Origin: Methanomassiliicoccales archaeon UBA147
GTDB lineage: Archaea > Thermoplasmatota > Thermoplasmata > SG8-5
Assembly (NCBI GenBank): GCA_002496385.1
Contig: DAJR01000049.1
Coordinates: 198 to 64,197, forward strand
DNA: 64,000 bases
Direction: 5' to 3'
Positions within the stretch are counted from its first letter, which is position 1, and each line of letters opens with the position of its first letter. The notes under the pieces are model-generated. The model had not been told where the DNA came from, ran no database searches, and saw only the letters and a program-made list of their open reading frames with translations. Below, piece after piece: positions 29,404-39,400 of the stretch. A program made the position numbers and the translations under genes.

Positions 29404-30189
29404 ATGTTAATATATTCAGTACCGATACCCCATTGCATGAATCAAAATCTCAGCCGCGTCGCAAATTTTTCACCTTTGAAAAAGAAGCTTGAAGATGATG
29501 TGATAGGTAACTCAAGTTTCATCGCCAAGGTATTTCATGGCGACGGGGAGTTCAAGGTATTCGCAACACAGAATCATGAAGCGGGCGTGGCCATCCATGA
29601 ATCCCGAAATCACTTGATATTCTTTGGGGATTGGACTCAAACCGAGCTGCCTTTCGAGCTCTTGCCGAACGCCGGTTTCTTCGTCTCGTCAAGCCCTCCC
29701 GAGGCCATAGAGCGATTGAGGCCGCACTACGAGGTTACCGGGGAATGGCCATGCTGGCATTACCTGGCCCCGGAAGGCTTCGGCCCCGGAGACTGGGACG
29801 GCCTGGACCCCATACTGCCTGAGGAAGTGCCCTCGATCTCAAAATATTGGACACTCAGCGAGGAACCTGCGCGGGAAATGGCCGAGAGGGTGAGGAAATA
29901 TGACAGCGCCTGCGTCAGGGTTGACGGGGTTCCGGTTTCGTGGTGCGGCATGCATTTCGAGATAGAGGGTGTGGGCAATCTGGGATTCGCCCACACGCTG
30001 GAGGAGCACCGGAGAAAGGGATATGCGGCGCTGGTGACCAAAGCCCTGGTGAACCGGCTGGCCGCCAGAGGCCGGCGCGGGACTGTCCATGTGATCAAGG
30101 ACAATGCTAACAGCATCGCCCTGTGCCAATCGATGGGTTTTCAGGTGGTCGGCGAGCTCACCTGGGCGGAATTCGCCCCTAGGGCCTGA
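29404..30189 (+). CDS. GNAT family N-acetyltransferase
   Basis: C-terminal core LGFAHTLEEHRRKGYAALVTKALVNRLAARG...NANSIALCQSMGFQVVGE. The start may be the internal MNQNL. Confidence 0.7.
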   Translation: MLIYSVPIPHCMNQNLSRVANFSPLKKKLEDDVIGNSSFIAKVFHGDGEFKVFATQNHEAGVAIHESRNHLIFFGDWTQTELPFELLPNAGFFVSSSPPEAIERLRPHYEVTGEWPCWHYLAPEGFGPGDWDGLDPILPEEVPSISKYWTLSEEPAREMAERVRKYDSACVRVDGVPVSWCGMHFEIEGVGNLGFAHTLEEHRRKGYAALVTKALVNRLAARGRRGTVHVIKDNANSIALCQSMGFQVVGELTWAEFAPRA

Positions 30190-30252
30190 ACCCGCGTGCG
30201 AAACCAATATATAGTGACCCCTCTTTGTGCGGATGCTCTTTCGAGCCAATGA

Positions 30253-30288
30253 CTGATGAATTGCCCCACTGGCGGGCAATGAAGGAGG
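30253..30288 (+). promoter_or_regulatory. Candidate kink-turn hairpin in the rpl7ae 5' UTR that overlaps the Shine-Dalgarno site
   Basis: The RNA reads CU-GAU-GA-A-UUGCCC-cacuggc-GGGCAA-U-GA-AGGAGG. It has a 7-bp stem, tandem G.A/A.G positions, a 3-nt bulge (GAU), and a short C-stem that would pair into AGGAGG 8 nt before the ATG at 30296. Confidence 0.4.
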
Positions 30289-30295
30289 AATTGAA

Positions 30296-30667
30296 ATGGC
30301 AAAACCCATGTATGTAAGATTCGAGATGGACAAGGAACTCGTTGACAAGACCTACCAGCTTGTCGAGCTGTCAAGGGACACCGGCAAACTGAGAAAAGGC
30401 ACAAACGAGGTGACGAAGCTAGTGGAAAGGGGGACGACCAAGTTCGTGGTCATCGCGGAGGATGTGCAGCCCGAGGAGATACTCGCCCACATGCCGCTGC
30501 TGTGCGACGACAAGAACATACCCTACGCCTATGTGCCCAGCAAACAGGAGCTCGGCGTGGCCTGCGGATTGGAAAAACCCACTTCCTCGGTAGCGGTCAT
30601 GGACGCCGGCAAGGGAAAGCCCCTCATGGAGGAGATTGTCGGAAAGGTAGCTTCCCTGAAGAAGTGA
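30296..30667 (+). CDS. rpl7ae: 50S ribosomal protein L7Ae
   Basis: Strong match by eye: [74 protein letters not shown]. Confidence 0.95.
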   Translation: MAKPMYVRFEMDKELVDKTYQLVELSRDTGKLRKGTNEVTKLVERGTTKFVVIAEDVQPEEILAHMPLLCDDKNIPYAYVPSKQELGVACGLEKPTSSVAVMDAGKGKPLMEEIVGKVASLKK

Positions 30668-30686
30668 TTGCCCAAGGTGTTTTAAA

Positions 30687-30896
30687 ATGATGAATGACAG
30701 CATACCGGCCGAAGTGGTCGAGATAGTCGGCAGGACAGGCATGACCGGGGAAGCAGCCCAGGTCAAGGTCAGGGTCCTCGACGGCAGGGACAAGGGCAGG
30801 ATAATCACGCGCAATGTCATAGGCCCCATACAGCTTGGGGACATTCTGATGCTCAGAGAAACCCAGAGGGAAGCCAGGAAGCTGGGAATGAGGTAG
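30687..30896 (+). CDS. rps28e: 30S ribosomal protein S28e
   Basis: [56 protein letters not shown]. Confidence 0.95.
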   Translation: MMNDSIPAEVVEIVGRTGMTGEAAQVKVRVLDGRDKGRIITRNVIGPIQLGDILMLRETQREARKLGMR

Positions 30897-30904
30897 GCGG
30901 TAAC

Positions 30905-31222
30905 ATGGTCGAAAACAGAACATGCTCTTTTTGCGGAGAAGCCATCGAACCGGGCACCGGGAAGATGTTCATCAGGAAGGACGGGACAGTCTTCAATTTC
31001 TGCAGCAACAAATGCAAGAAGAACAACATCGGCCTGGGGAGGGTCTCACGGCGCACGCGCTGGACCACCAGGTATGTCGAGCTGAAGGCGACGGCCTTGG
31101 GAAAGGAAGCCGCCGGCGAGGATGCGCCGGCCGAGGCACCCGAGGAAGAGAAGCCAAAACAGAAGAAAACGCCGGCCAAGAAACCCGCCAAGAAGAAGGC
31201 GCCCGCTGAAAAATCAGAGTGA
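30905..31222 (+). CDS. rpl24e: 50S ribosomal protein L24e with a Lys/Ala/Glu-rich C-terminal extension
   Basis: [34 protein letters not shown] zinc-ribbon core. Confidence 0.9.
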   Translation: MVENRTCSFCGEAIEPGTGKMFIRKDGTVFNFCSNKCKKNNIGLGRVSRRTRWTTRYVELKATALGKEAAGEDAPAEAPEEEKPKQKKTPAKKPAKKKAPAEKSE

Positions 31223-31226
31223 TACG

Positions 31227-31676
31227 ATGGAGCGCACCTTCGTCATGGTCAAGCCGGACGGCGTCCAGCGGGGCATAGCCGGAAAGGTACTCTCGCGTTT
31301 TGAGGAGAAAGGCCTGAAGCTCGCGGCCGCCAAGCTCATGACCATCGATGCAGAGCTCGCCGCGAAGCATTACGGCGAGCACAAGGGCAAACCATTTTAT
31401 GAAAAGCTCGTGAGCTTCATAACATCCGGCCCTGTCCTGGCCATGGTCTGGGAAGGCGAAGACGCCATCTCGGTCGTGAGAACCGTCGTCGGCAAGACCA
31501 ACCCCAAGGAGGCGGGCCCCGGCACGATACGGGGAGACTTCGGCATGACCACCGGCCGGAACATAATCCATGCTAGCGACTCGCCGACAAGCGCCGAGCG
31601 TGAGATTGGCCTCTTTTTCCAGAAAAACGAGATACAGGAATACCAGAGGATAGACGAAACCTGGCTTTATGAATGA
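31227..31676 (+). CDS. ndk: Nucleoside diphosphate kinase
   Basis: [16 protein letters not shown] and NIIHASD active-site His. The start was chosen at ATG 31227. Confidence 0.95.
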   Translation: MERTFVMVKPDGVQRGIAGKVLSRFEEKGLKLAAAKLMTIDAELAAKHYGEHKGKPFYEKLVSFITSGPVLAMVWEGEDAISVVRTVVGKTNPKEAGPGTIRGDFGMTTGRNIIHASDSPTSAEREIGLFFQKNEIQEYQRIDETWLYE

Positions 31677-31678
31677 TA

Positions 31679-32377
31679 TTACTTCAGACCCCTGACGACC
31701 ATCTTGCCGACATGCTTTGAACATGCCTCTGCCATGTCCTCGATGACCTCGTTGTCATACGGTTTGACGTCCCTCAGCTTCTCATCCCAGGCGTGGAAAG
31801 GCGCGAACTGCTGAAGCACATATTTCTTTGGTTTCCGCAGGGCCTTCGCAATCTCCAGGATGTCTTTCTTCGTGTGGATGCCGGGGACGACCGTGGTCCT
31901 GAACTCGTAATTGATTCCGGAACTCTTGATGATATCAATGGAACTTTCTATTTTCTCGAGGTCGGCCTTCACCCCTGCGGCCTTGTAATACCTCTTGTCC
32001 AACGGGCCTTTGACGTCCATGGCCACATAGTCGAGGAGCTTCTCCTCAAACAGCCTTTCCAGGATTTCGGGGCAGGTGCCGTTCGTGTCCAGCTTCGCCA
32101 GCAATCCAAGTTTTTTTATCTTTCGGAGCCAGCCCATTATGTCCGGCTCCAGGAGGGGCTCGCCCCCGGTGATGCAGACGCCGTCCAGGAAGTCCCTGTG
32201 CTTCCTCAGGTTGGCGCTCACGGACCGCCAGGACTTCTCCGGATACCTGTCTGGATCCTCCAGCAGCTCCCAGTTGTGGCAGAACGGGCACCGGAAGTTG
32301 CACCGGGCCGTGTAGAGGACCATGACAATCTTCCCGTCCCAGTCGAGGAATGAGGTGTCGATGATGCCGCGTATCAT
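31679..32377 (-). CDS. Radical SAM activating enzyme (anaerobic ribonucleotide reductase activase-like)
   Basis: CNFRCPFCHNWE cluster motif and GGEPLL. Confidence 0.8.
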   Translation of the reverse strand: MIRGIIDTSFLDWDGKIVMVLYTARCNFRCPFCHNWELLEDPDRYPEKSWRSVSANLRKHRDFLDGVCITGGEPLLEPDIMGWLRKIKKLGLLAKLDTNGTCPEILERLFEEKLLDYVAMDVKGPLDKRYYKAAGVKADLEKIESSIDIIKSSGINYEFRTTVVPGIHTKKDILEIAKALRKPKKYVLQQFAPFHAWDEKLRDVKPYDNEVIEDMAEACSKHVGKMVVRGLK

Positions 32378-32415
32378 GCGGCCACCCAGGTTCCGAAACG
32401 ATTAAAATCTGTCGA

Positions 32416-33357
32416 TTAAGGGATGATACGGGTTCCCGCCTTCCCCGCCATGGCCTCGACCAGGTTCTCGTGGCTGGCGATGATCGCCCTGCGGCCGCCG
32501 TTCTCGATGAACTCGATGGCGGCGCGTATCTTCGGGCCCATTGAGCCGGGGGGAAACTGTCCGTTCTCCAGGTGTTTCCCGGCCTCCGCGACAGACATTG
32601 TGTCCAGGTCCTTCTGGTCAGGTTTTCCGAAATTGACCGAGACCTTGTCGACGGCAGTGAGAATTATCAGTTCGTCCAGGTCCAATTGCTGGGCAAGTTT
32701 CGAGGAAGCGTAGTCCTTGTCGATCACGGCCTCGACGCCGTCCAGGGTGCCGTCCTCGAGCTGGATCACAGGGATTCCGCCGCCCCCGCAGGCTATGACT
32801 ATCTTGCCCTTCTCCAGGAGGTGCTGGATGGTGTCCTTCTCCACTATCCTTATGGGCCTCGGGGATGGGACGACCCTGCGCCAGCCCCGGCCCGAATCCT
32901 CGACGACGTTCCATTTCTCGGCCTTCGCAATCTCCCCGATATCCTCTTTCGAGAAGAACTGGCCTATCGGTTTCGTGGGATTCTGGAAGGACGGGTCCTG
33001 CTCGTCAACGACAACCTGGGTGATGATAGTGACAACGTCCTTGCGCACCGCCTTGGACTTCTTCACCGTGTTCTGCATGGTCTGCTGGAGCATGTACCCC
33101 ATGCTTCCGACAGTCTCCGAGACGCACATGCCCAGCGGGTAGGGCGGGATTATCTTCCTGGCATTCTCGTGGCGGCGGATTGTGTCTCCGACCTGCGGCC
33201 CGTTTCCGTGGGTGATGATGATGTCGTAGCCCATCTCGACCACCTTTATCAGCTTGGCGCAGGTGTCCCTGGCATTGGTGAACTGCTGGTAGATGTTTCC
33301 GTCCTCACCCTCCTTGATGAGCGCGTTCCCGCCTATGGCGATGATTGCCGTCTTCAA
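32416..33357 (-). CDS. arcC: Carbamate kinase
   Basis: MKTAIIAIGGNAL, ITHGNGPQVG and ACGGGGIPV motifs. Confidence 0.9.
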   Translation of the reverse strand: MKTAIIAIGGNALIKEGEDGNIYQQFTNARDTCAKLIKVVEMGYDIIITHGNGPQVGDTIRRHENARKIIPPYPLGMCVSETVGSMGYMLQQTMQNTVKKSKAVRKDVVTIITQVVVDEQDPSFQNPTKPIGQFFSKEDIGEIAKAEKWNVVEDSGRGWRRVVPSPRPIRIVEKDTIQHLLEKGKIVIACGGGGIPVIQLEDGTLDGVEAVIDKDYASSKLAQQLDLDELIILTAVDKVSVNFGKPDQKDLDTMSVAEAGKHLENGQFPPGSMGPKIRAAIEFIENGGRRAIIASHENLVEAMAGKAGTRIIP

Positions 33358-33420
33358 ACATATCCCCCTTCGAAGGAAAGTCCGAATCCAGGATTGGTTA
33401 TTTAATGGTTGCTTACGGAT

Positions 33421-33611
33421 TGGGTCTGGGGTCTAGGGTCTAGGGACTAGGGTCTAGGGTTGCTCACATATGTTTTATGCTGGCTGTCACAAACAGCCAG
33501 CAAACCCTAGCCCCTTTATCACATTTTGTAAACAAAGACCCTTTATTCCATATTGTATGCAAAGCCCCTAGACCCATTATTCCGTTTTGTAAGCAAAGCC
33601 CCTAGCCCCCA
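33421..33611. repeat. CTAG-rich quasi-palindromic intergenic element, copy A (long form)
   Basis: From left to right: tandem GGTCTAGGG/GACTAGGG units, the hairpin GCTGGCTGT-cacaa-ACAGCCAGC, then three degenerate units of about 27-34 bp (CCCTAGNCCC-TTTAT...TTTTGTAARCAAAG), ending in CCCTAGCCCCC. It contains seven CTAG tetramers. Confidence 0.8.
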
Positions 33612-33614
33612 TAG

Positions 33615-34196
33615 TCATTTTAATAACAATTCCCACACAGCCAGCAACTCGAAGAATATCCTTCGCTCCGCCACTCTCCTGGCCGAATATAGGCTCCGGG
33701 CGGCTTCCAGGACACCGCCCTCGCTCTCGGACGATGTCAGCAGGTAAATCCTCCCGCCTGGGGCAATATGCTTGGGTGCCTGCTCCAGGAATCTCACGGA
33801 AATCTCGTGGCCTGCCTCCCCACCGACCAGGGGCCGTCTCTCCGCCTCCGAGAGCCCCTCGGAATCCTGCGACGAGAGATACGGTGGATTGAAGATAATC
33901 ACATCGAAAATCCCCCGAACCTTTACGAACAAATCAGATACCGCCAGGTCAATGTCGAGGGCGTTGACAGCAGCGTTCTGTCGGGCATTCTCAACCGCAT
34001 CCAGCGAAATGTCCGCGGCCTTCACCCGATACCCGGCCTTGGCGCAGTGAAGGGCGATGATGCCTGTCCCACAGCCCATCTCCAGAATGCGCTGGCCCTT
34101 CCCCGCCTTCACAGCTGAGAGCAGGAGGAGAGTATCCTCGGCAGGCGTGTAGACGCCCGGAAAAGTCTCTATTTTCATGGATGGGTCGAGTTTCAC
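33615..34196 (-). CDS. HemK/PrmC-related class I methyltransferase (Mtq2-like)
   Basis: SAM motif ILEMGCGTGI and the catalytic IIFNPPY tetrad. Confidence 0.8.
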   Translation of the reverse strand: MKLDPSMKIETFPGVYTPAEDTLLLLSAVKAGKGQRILEMGCGTGIIALHCAKAGYRVKAADISLDAVENARQNAAVNALDIDLAVSDLFVKVRGIFDVIIFNPPYLSSQDSEGLSEAERRPLVGGEAGHEISVRFLEQAPKHIAPGGRIYLLTSSESEGGVLEAARSLYSARRVAERRIFFELLAVWELLLK

Positions 34197-34269
34197 GCTC
34201 CCGAATCCCCGAGCGATTATTTAATCCGAACGTTACCTTTAAATCGAATCTTCGGTTGAAGTTCATCGG

Positions 34270-35196
34270 ATGCTCGAATATATTCCCATACCCGCCATCA
34301 TAATCGGTTCCCTGGCATATGCCTGGTGGCGGAAAGCATATCTCACCCAGGTCATGGTGATTGCCAATTTCCTCATCTTCCTCTACATGCTGGTCCTCGC
34401 CCTCACGGACAACCCTGCATGGGGCGGGCTCGGGGACGCTTTCACATTCGTTCCGGCGCGGATACTCGACCCTGTGTACCTGCCGACCATAGTCACATCC
34501 ATGTTCATGCATATCGACCCGATGCATCTGATCAGCAATGTCCTGATACTCTATCTCATCGGGTTGCCCCTGGAGGAGCGCATCGGCACCGGAAAGTGGG
34601 GCATCATATACCTTGCCAGCGGCATCTCGGGCACCCTGATGTACTTCATGTTCAACACCGGTTCCGAGACCCACCTGCTCGGAGCTTCGGGCGCCATATT
34701 CGGTCTCGGCGGCGCGCTGCTTGTCCTTTATCCCAAGGATAGGATTCCCATGTTGCTGGGTCCCATATTCAGCATGCGGGCGCCTGTCTGGGCTGCGGTC
34801 GGCATAATGTTCGTGTGGGAAACGATACTGGTTTTCCTGCAGGTGGACGACGGCACCGCTCACCTGGCCCACATCGGCGGGTTCGCGTGCGGCATATTCC
34901 TGGCGCCGGCGATTGCCAAACGGGTCAAGAAGGAGAAGGAGATAGCTCTGGATTTCGAACTCCTGAGACAGATGGCCAGGAAGCCGGAGGATGTCCTCAT
35001 GCTCGAGAAGATAGAGAACGAGACTGAGCAGGACGTGAAATTCGCATGGCTGGAGTTCTTCCTCAAAGAGGCGGCGAGATGCCCCAAGTGCAAAAGGCAG
35101 CTCGGAGAGGGCTATGCCAAGTCCGGCCGGGGAAAGGCCGTGCCCGGGGAAAAACTCAACTGCGCCTGCGGCCAGTCATACGATATCTGGAAGTGA
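34270..35196 (+). CDS. Rhomboid family intramembrane serine protease with a C-terminal zinc ribbon
   Basis: HLLGASGAIFGLGGA (GxSG) and AHIGGFACG catalytic His. C-terminal CPKCKRQL...CACGQ. Confidence 0.85.
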   Translation: MLEYIPIPAIIIGSLAYAWWRKAYLTQVMVIANFLIFLYMLVLALTDNPAWGGLGDAFTFVPARILDPVYLPTIVTSMFMHIDPMHLISNVLILYLIGLPLEERIGTGKWGIIYLASGISGTLMYFMFNTGSETHLLGASGAIFGLGGALLVLYPKDRIPMLLGPIFSMRAPVWAAVGIMFVWETILVFLQVDDGTAHLAHIGGFACGIFLAPAIAKRVKKEKEIALDFELLRQMARKPEDVLMLEKIENETEQDVKFAWLEFFLKEAARCPKCKRQLGEGYAKSGRGKAVPGEKLNCACGQSYDIWK

Positions 35197-35200
35197 GCCA

Positions 35201-36490
35201 ATGTACGTCGGAGTCGATGACACAGACTCGGTCAACGGCATGTGCACGACCTACCTGGCGACAGAGCTGGTGAGGGAATTCTCCGACCTTGATTTGATTG
35301 GCCATCCGAGACTGGTGCGGCTCAACCCCAATGTCCCCTGGAAGACCCGCGGGAATGCCGCAATCTGCGCCCGGTTCGGCGAAGGCACGGGCAAGCCAAC
35401 AGTCATCGGCAATATCGGCGGCCATGAAGTCCTAGCCTATGATGCAGGGAAGCCTGCAGTGCCTACCCGGGAGCATTTCGAAAGGGTATGCGCCCTTGTG
35501 GAGCGCCTGGCCTGGTTCGAGGACCCCAAGACCAACCCCGGTGTGGCTGTCTCATCGGTCAAACCCCCTCAGGGACTTTACTGGAAGGCTGTGCACGAGG
35601 TCGTGGAGCTTCGCCCGCACCTTGGCGAGGCCAACCCGGATTTCAGCAGGGGCTGGAAGAACAGGCGCGGCCTCATCGGCGCTGTTTCCGCAATGGCCTG
35701 GCGACCGCGCGACAGGACCTACGAGCTCATCGCCTATCGCGCACCCAATAAATGGGGGACAGCCAGGAATATCGACGCCGCCAGCGTGGTCGAGATGGAC
35801 AGAAAATACCCAGGCACGTTCAACAATTACGATTACGAGGAACAACGCCCAGTGTTCGCCCCGGCCTCGCCCTGCCCCATCCTTTACGGTATCAGGGGCG
35901 ATTCGCCCGATTACCTGCGTGATGCGATGGGCACGGTGAAGAGCGAGAAGGTTGATCGATGGCTGATATTCCTCACCAACCAGGGCACCGACGACCACAT
36001 AATCAACGCCAGCATTTCAAATATGCAGCCCTTCACCTCTGTGAGGGTGAGGGGGAAAGTCGACGGCCTACCTAGGATAATCGAAGGCGGGCATCTCATT
36101 TTTCCCATGACCAACGGGCGAAAAAATGTGGATTGCACCATCTACGAGCCGGCAAAAAAGTTCCGCTGGGTGGGCCAGCAGCTAAGGCCGGGGGACCGGG
36201 TGACTGTCCATGGCGCCGTCAGGGAAGAACCGCCCACAATCAACGTGGAGAAGATATGCATCGAGAATCTGGCTGCTGTTACCGAGAAAACGGCCAACCC
36301 CCTGTGCAAAAAGTGCCACAAGCGCATGAAGTCCTACGGCAGAGGCCAAGGCTACCGGTGCGCGAAGTGCGGGGCCAAGTCCCGGGACGCGGAGTTCTCC
36401 CTGGTCAAGAGATCCCTGGCTCAGGGATGGTTCGAGCCGCCGGCCGGAGCGATGCGGCATCTGGCCAGACCCTTGAAAAGAATGAAATAG
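35201..36490 (+). CDS. tiaS: tRNA(Ile2) 2-agmatinylcytidine synthetase TiaS
   Basis: MYVGVDDTDSVNGMCTTYL N-terminus, an OB-like region and the C-terminal zinc ribbon CKKCHKRMKSYGRGQGYRCAKCG. Confidence 0.85.
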   Translation: MYVGVDDTDSVNGMCTTYLATELVREFSDLDLIGHPRLVRLNPNVPWKTRGNAAICARFGEGTGKPTVIGNIGGHEVLAYDAGKPAVPTREHFERVCALVERLAWFEDPKTNPGVAVSSVKPPQGLYWKAVHEVVELRPHLGEANPDFSRGWKNRRGLIGAVSAMAWRPRDRTYELIAYRAPNKWGTARNIDAASVVEMDRKYPGTFNNYDYEEQRPVFAPASPCPILYGIRGDSPDYLRDAMGTVKSEKVDRWLIFLTNQGTDDHIINASISNMQPFTSVRVRGKVDGLPRIIEGGHLIFPMTNGRKNVDCTIYEPAKKFRWVGQQLRPGDRVTVHGAVREEPPTINVEKICIENLAAVTEKTANPLCKKCHKRMKSYGRGQGYRCAKCGAKSRDAEFSLVKRSLAQGWFEPPAGAMRHLARPLKRMK

Positions 36491-36496
36491 GAACAC

Positions 36497-39400
36497 TCAG
36501 GAATTTATCGTCCAAACTGTATCAGAAGGAACATGCACCCAGTAACCTTGTCCCGGCCTCATTATATAAGTCGGCCCGACCTCTTGGATGTAGGGCGATG
36601 CAGGGTCGAACACCTCCACCCGGTCCGCGCCAGTGCCCCACAGGGCGGTAGCCACGGTCTGCTCGGTCATGGATGGATAACCGACCATGTTCCAACCAGA
36701 GTATAGATTGATGTTCACTGCAGTAGCAGGCATGACGCCAGATACACCGGTCGTCAGCATCTGGTTGCCGCCATTTGCGGTTATCCAGAGCCATATGCCC
36801 ATGGAGTTGGTCATGGTCGGCATATCGTTGGCGACTCCACCCACCCTGTAGGACTTCCATGGGTCTGCGGGCGTCTGCGGGTTGTACCACTTGGCCATGG
36901 TCCATGTTGTTCCACCATCGCCCAGAGTCGTGTCGTTCAGTATTGCCTGTATATTGCCGGATACCTCTATCGGGAACGATACGAACACCCAGCTATTGGG
37001 GGATTTTCCTGTAAGGTCTATTTCGTAGGGCGGTGGGGGTAAGGGTTCCTGCACTGAGTTCGTATTCTGTTCCTCGTTGCCAAGAGCATCCTCCGCCCTG
37101 ACGATGTACCACCAGAATGTGGCATCTGCCGTTCCCATGCCGTCGTCCTGATAGGAAAAGGTGCCCGCAGGCACGATGGCTATGAGTGAGTATGTGCCAA
37201 ATTCGGAGTCCGACCTGTAGATATTGTATTCGGCAAGGTCAACCTCGTCGTGGGTCCAGTACAGCGTGTTGTCATTGGTCCAGGTGTATGGGGCCACAGA
37301 TTCGACGACAACATGTAAGAAATCCACGCTGATTGGCTGCCTGGTAGTTCCCGCAGCCACTCCCCAGAGGATGTTTCCGCCGGAGATGTAGTCATCACAG
37401 TTTTCAGTGATGGAACGTGTCATGGTTGCGTCAGTGGTGGCAAGGTATGCCTGTGTCCCACCGATGACATCCCATGTCGCACCCGCAGCGTTGTAGGCGT
37501 ATATGGTCGCAGTCAAGCCGGCATTCCAATATCCTTCGAAAGTCAGGTCAATCTGGGTAACCAATGACGGGGTGATGTTCGTCGCGAACTGGTTCTTCAG
37601 GAAGATATAGTCCCCGAATCCAGGTGTGGCACTTGTTGCGCGAACATCGTTCGATAACCCCGCGTTTGTATATTGTAGGTCCGTAAGCTCGGTTGCGCTG
37701 TTCGGCGTGGTGAATTCCCCTCCTGTGTTGCTGTCCACAATACAGAACCATACATTGTGCGGCCCTCCTGCAGCGGTTGTTCCAGTGGTTGTCAGGGTTT
37801 CGCTATCCGTGTTGGTGCCTTCGCCGTACTGGTCCACAGACAGCGCGCTTGGTGCTGCCGGTGGAATCAGGTCCAGGATGTAGTAGCCGGCTTCAGGCGC
37901 AAATCCTGGCATTGGCGGGATGGGTTCGTCAGAGCCTATGCCCACCGCAGATGCTATCCATCCGTAGGTTCCAGTGCCGCTCACGATGGTGTATGCATAT
38001 GAACCGTCCACGCTGGCATCATTACCTGCAAAGACCCAGTTCACACCGCTGTCCATTGTGTAATACAGGTTGATGGAAACGGGGTTGTTGGCGTAACTGT
38101 AAGTTATGGTGATGTTCACCTCATTAGTGGGTCCGCCTATCGGCCCCTCCGCAGAGGCCATCGGCGTTGTGGCAATTATGTCGAACGTTGTCGATGTGAA
38201 GGGGCCCCAGTTGTTGGTGGGGGATGCTGCGTCCCTTGCGTGCACGAACAAAGTGTGCCTGCCTGTTGGCAATCCGCCCGAGCCAGTGTAGGTCGCCCTC
38301 ACTGCCTCGGTAATGCTGTTGAAGCTGCCATCAACCGCGGTCATCGCTATGCCAGCGCCGTTCGGGCCGGTTATGTCAATGAAGCATTCCGCAGCGTTTA
38401 TGTTGGATAGGCCTCTGCCGTCATCTGTGACTGTCGCGTTGAACCACATCGTGTCGCCCTTCATGGTCGGTTCTTTGTCCGCCGACACGCTGCCTGCGAT
38501 GCACTTCGGCCCCATATTGTCAATTCCGATTATAGTAAATGTACCAGATTCGCTGTAGTCTGTGAGTGTTGCATATGTGGCGACACTGCTCGCTACCGCT
38601 TTCACCTTGTATTGGTTTCCAGTGAGAAGATTGGCCGTGTTCCAGGCATAACCGATTGCTGTGCCTGCAAGACCCGTAGCCAGGGGTGCCCATGCCTGTC
38701 CGCCGTTGGCGCTGTAATACACATCGATGCTGTTGGCTCCAGTCACCTGCCATGTGATTGATATGTTGCTGGACTCGGACTCACCGCCGGTGGGGTAAGT
38801 GAGGTCGATGGTCGGGTGGTTGCCTCCGAGCAGCCACTGTATGGTCTCGTCCAGAATGCCTGCCCTTTCCGTGTCTATATGGCCCAGGTCAGGCCTATAG
38901 TCGTTGTGACCGTTGTTCGTCGAAGCTATCATGTCATGGCTGAATCCGTCGTAGACTATTCTTGCCTGTCCTCCGGTTCCTCCGCTGCTCTGGGTTGCGC
39001 CTGCGCAGTTCCCGCCGCCGGCATGGGCGTTGTAGTCCCAGTCGCGTGTTCCGCCTGTGAGCAAGGTCAGGTCATCGGGCCAGAACCTGTTATTGGCAAC
39101 CGGGTAGTCATACGCTTCGACTTCGAGGTCGATGTTGTTGAAGACGTAGATGTCATTTATCGTGTGCCCGCAGTCCATGACCTGGAAACTCCCCACCTCG
39201 GTTCCTCCGCCGCCGTCGGCATCGTCCCGTTTGTATTGAGTCTTGGTGTAGTATTGGAACCATGTCACATCTCTGTCTGTTCCGATTGCATCACACATGT
39301 CCCAGCCGATGTCCTGGCCGCTCAGGAACAGCATCGGGCGTGTGCCCATGGGGGTCATAGTCTGGTCAAGATATTCTCCGAGAACGGCCCTGTCAGATGC

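Noticed and set aside
31122-31226. N-terminal 35-aa Arg-rich extension of ndk in the track ORF. Similar upstream extensions occur for the tiaS, GAF and helicase ORFs.
   Set aside because: The extensions overlap the preceding genes and lack homology to the family N-termini. Internal ATGs coincide with canonical family starts.
33421-33611. Possible CRISPR array, considered for the tandem CTAG units and the 27-34 bp units here, and for the 92-bp repeats at 60807-61053.
   Set aside because: The units here are contiguous and degenerate, with no unique spacers. The 92-bp repeats are too long and there are only two. No cas genes are in the window.
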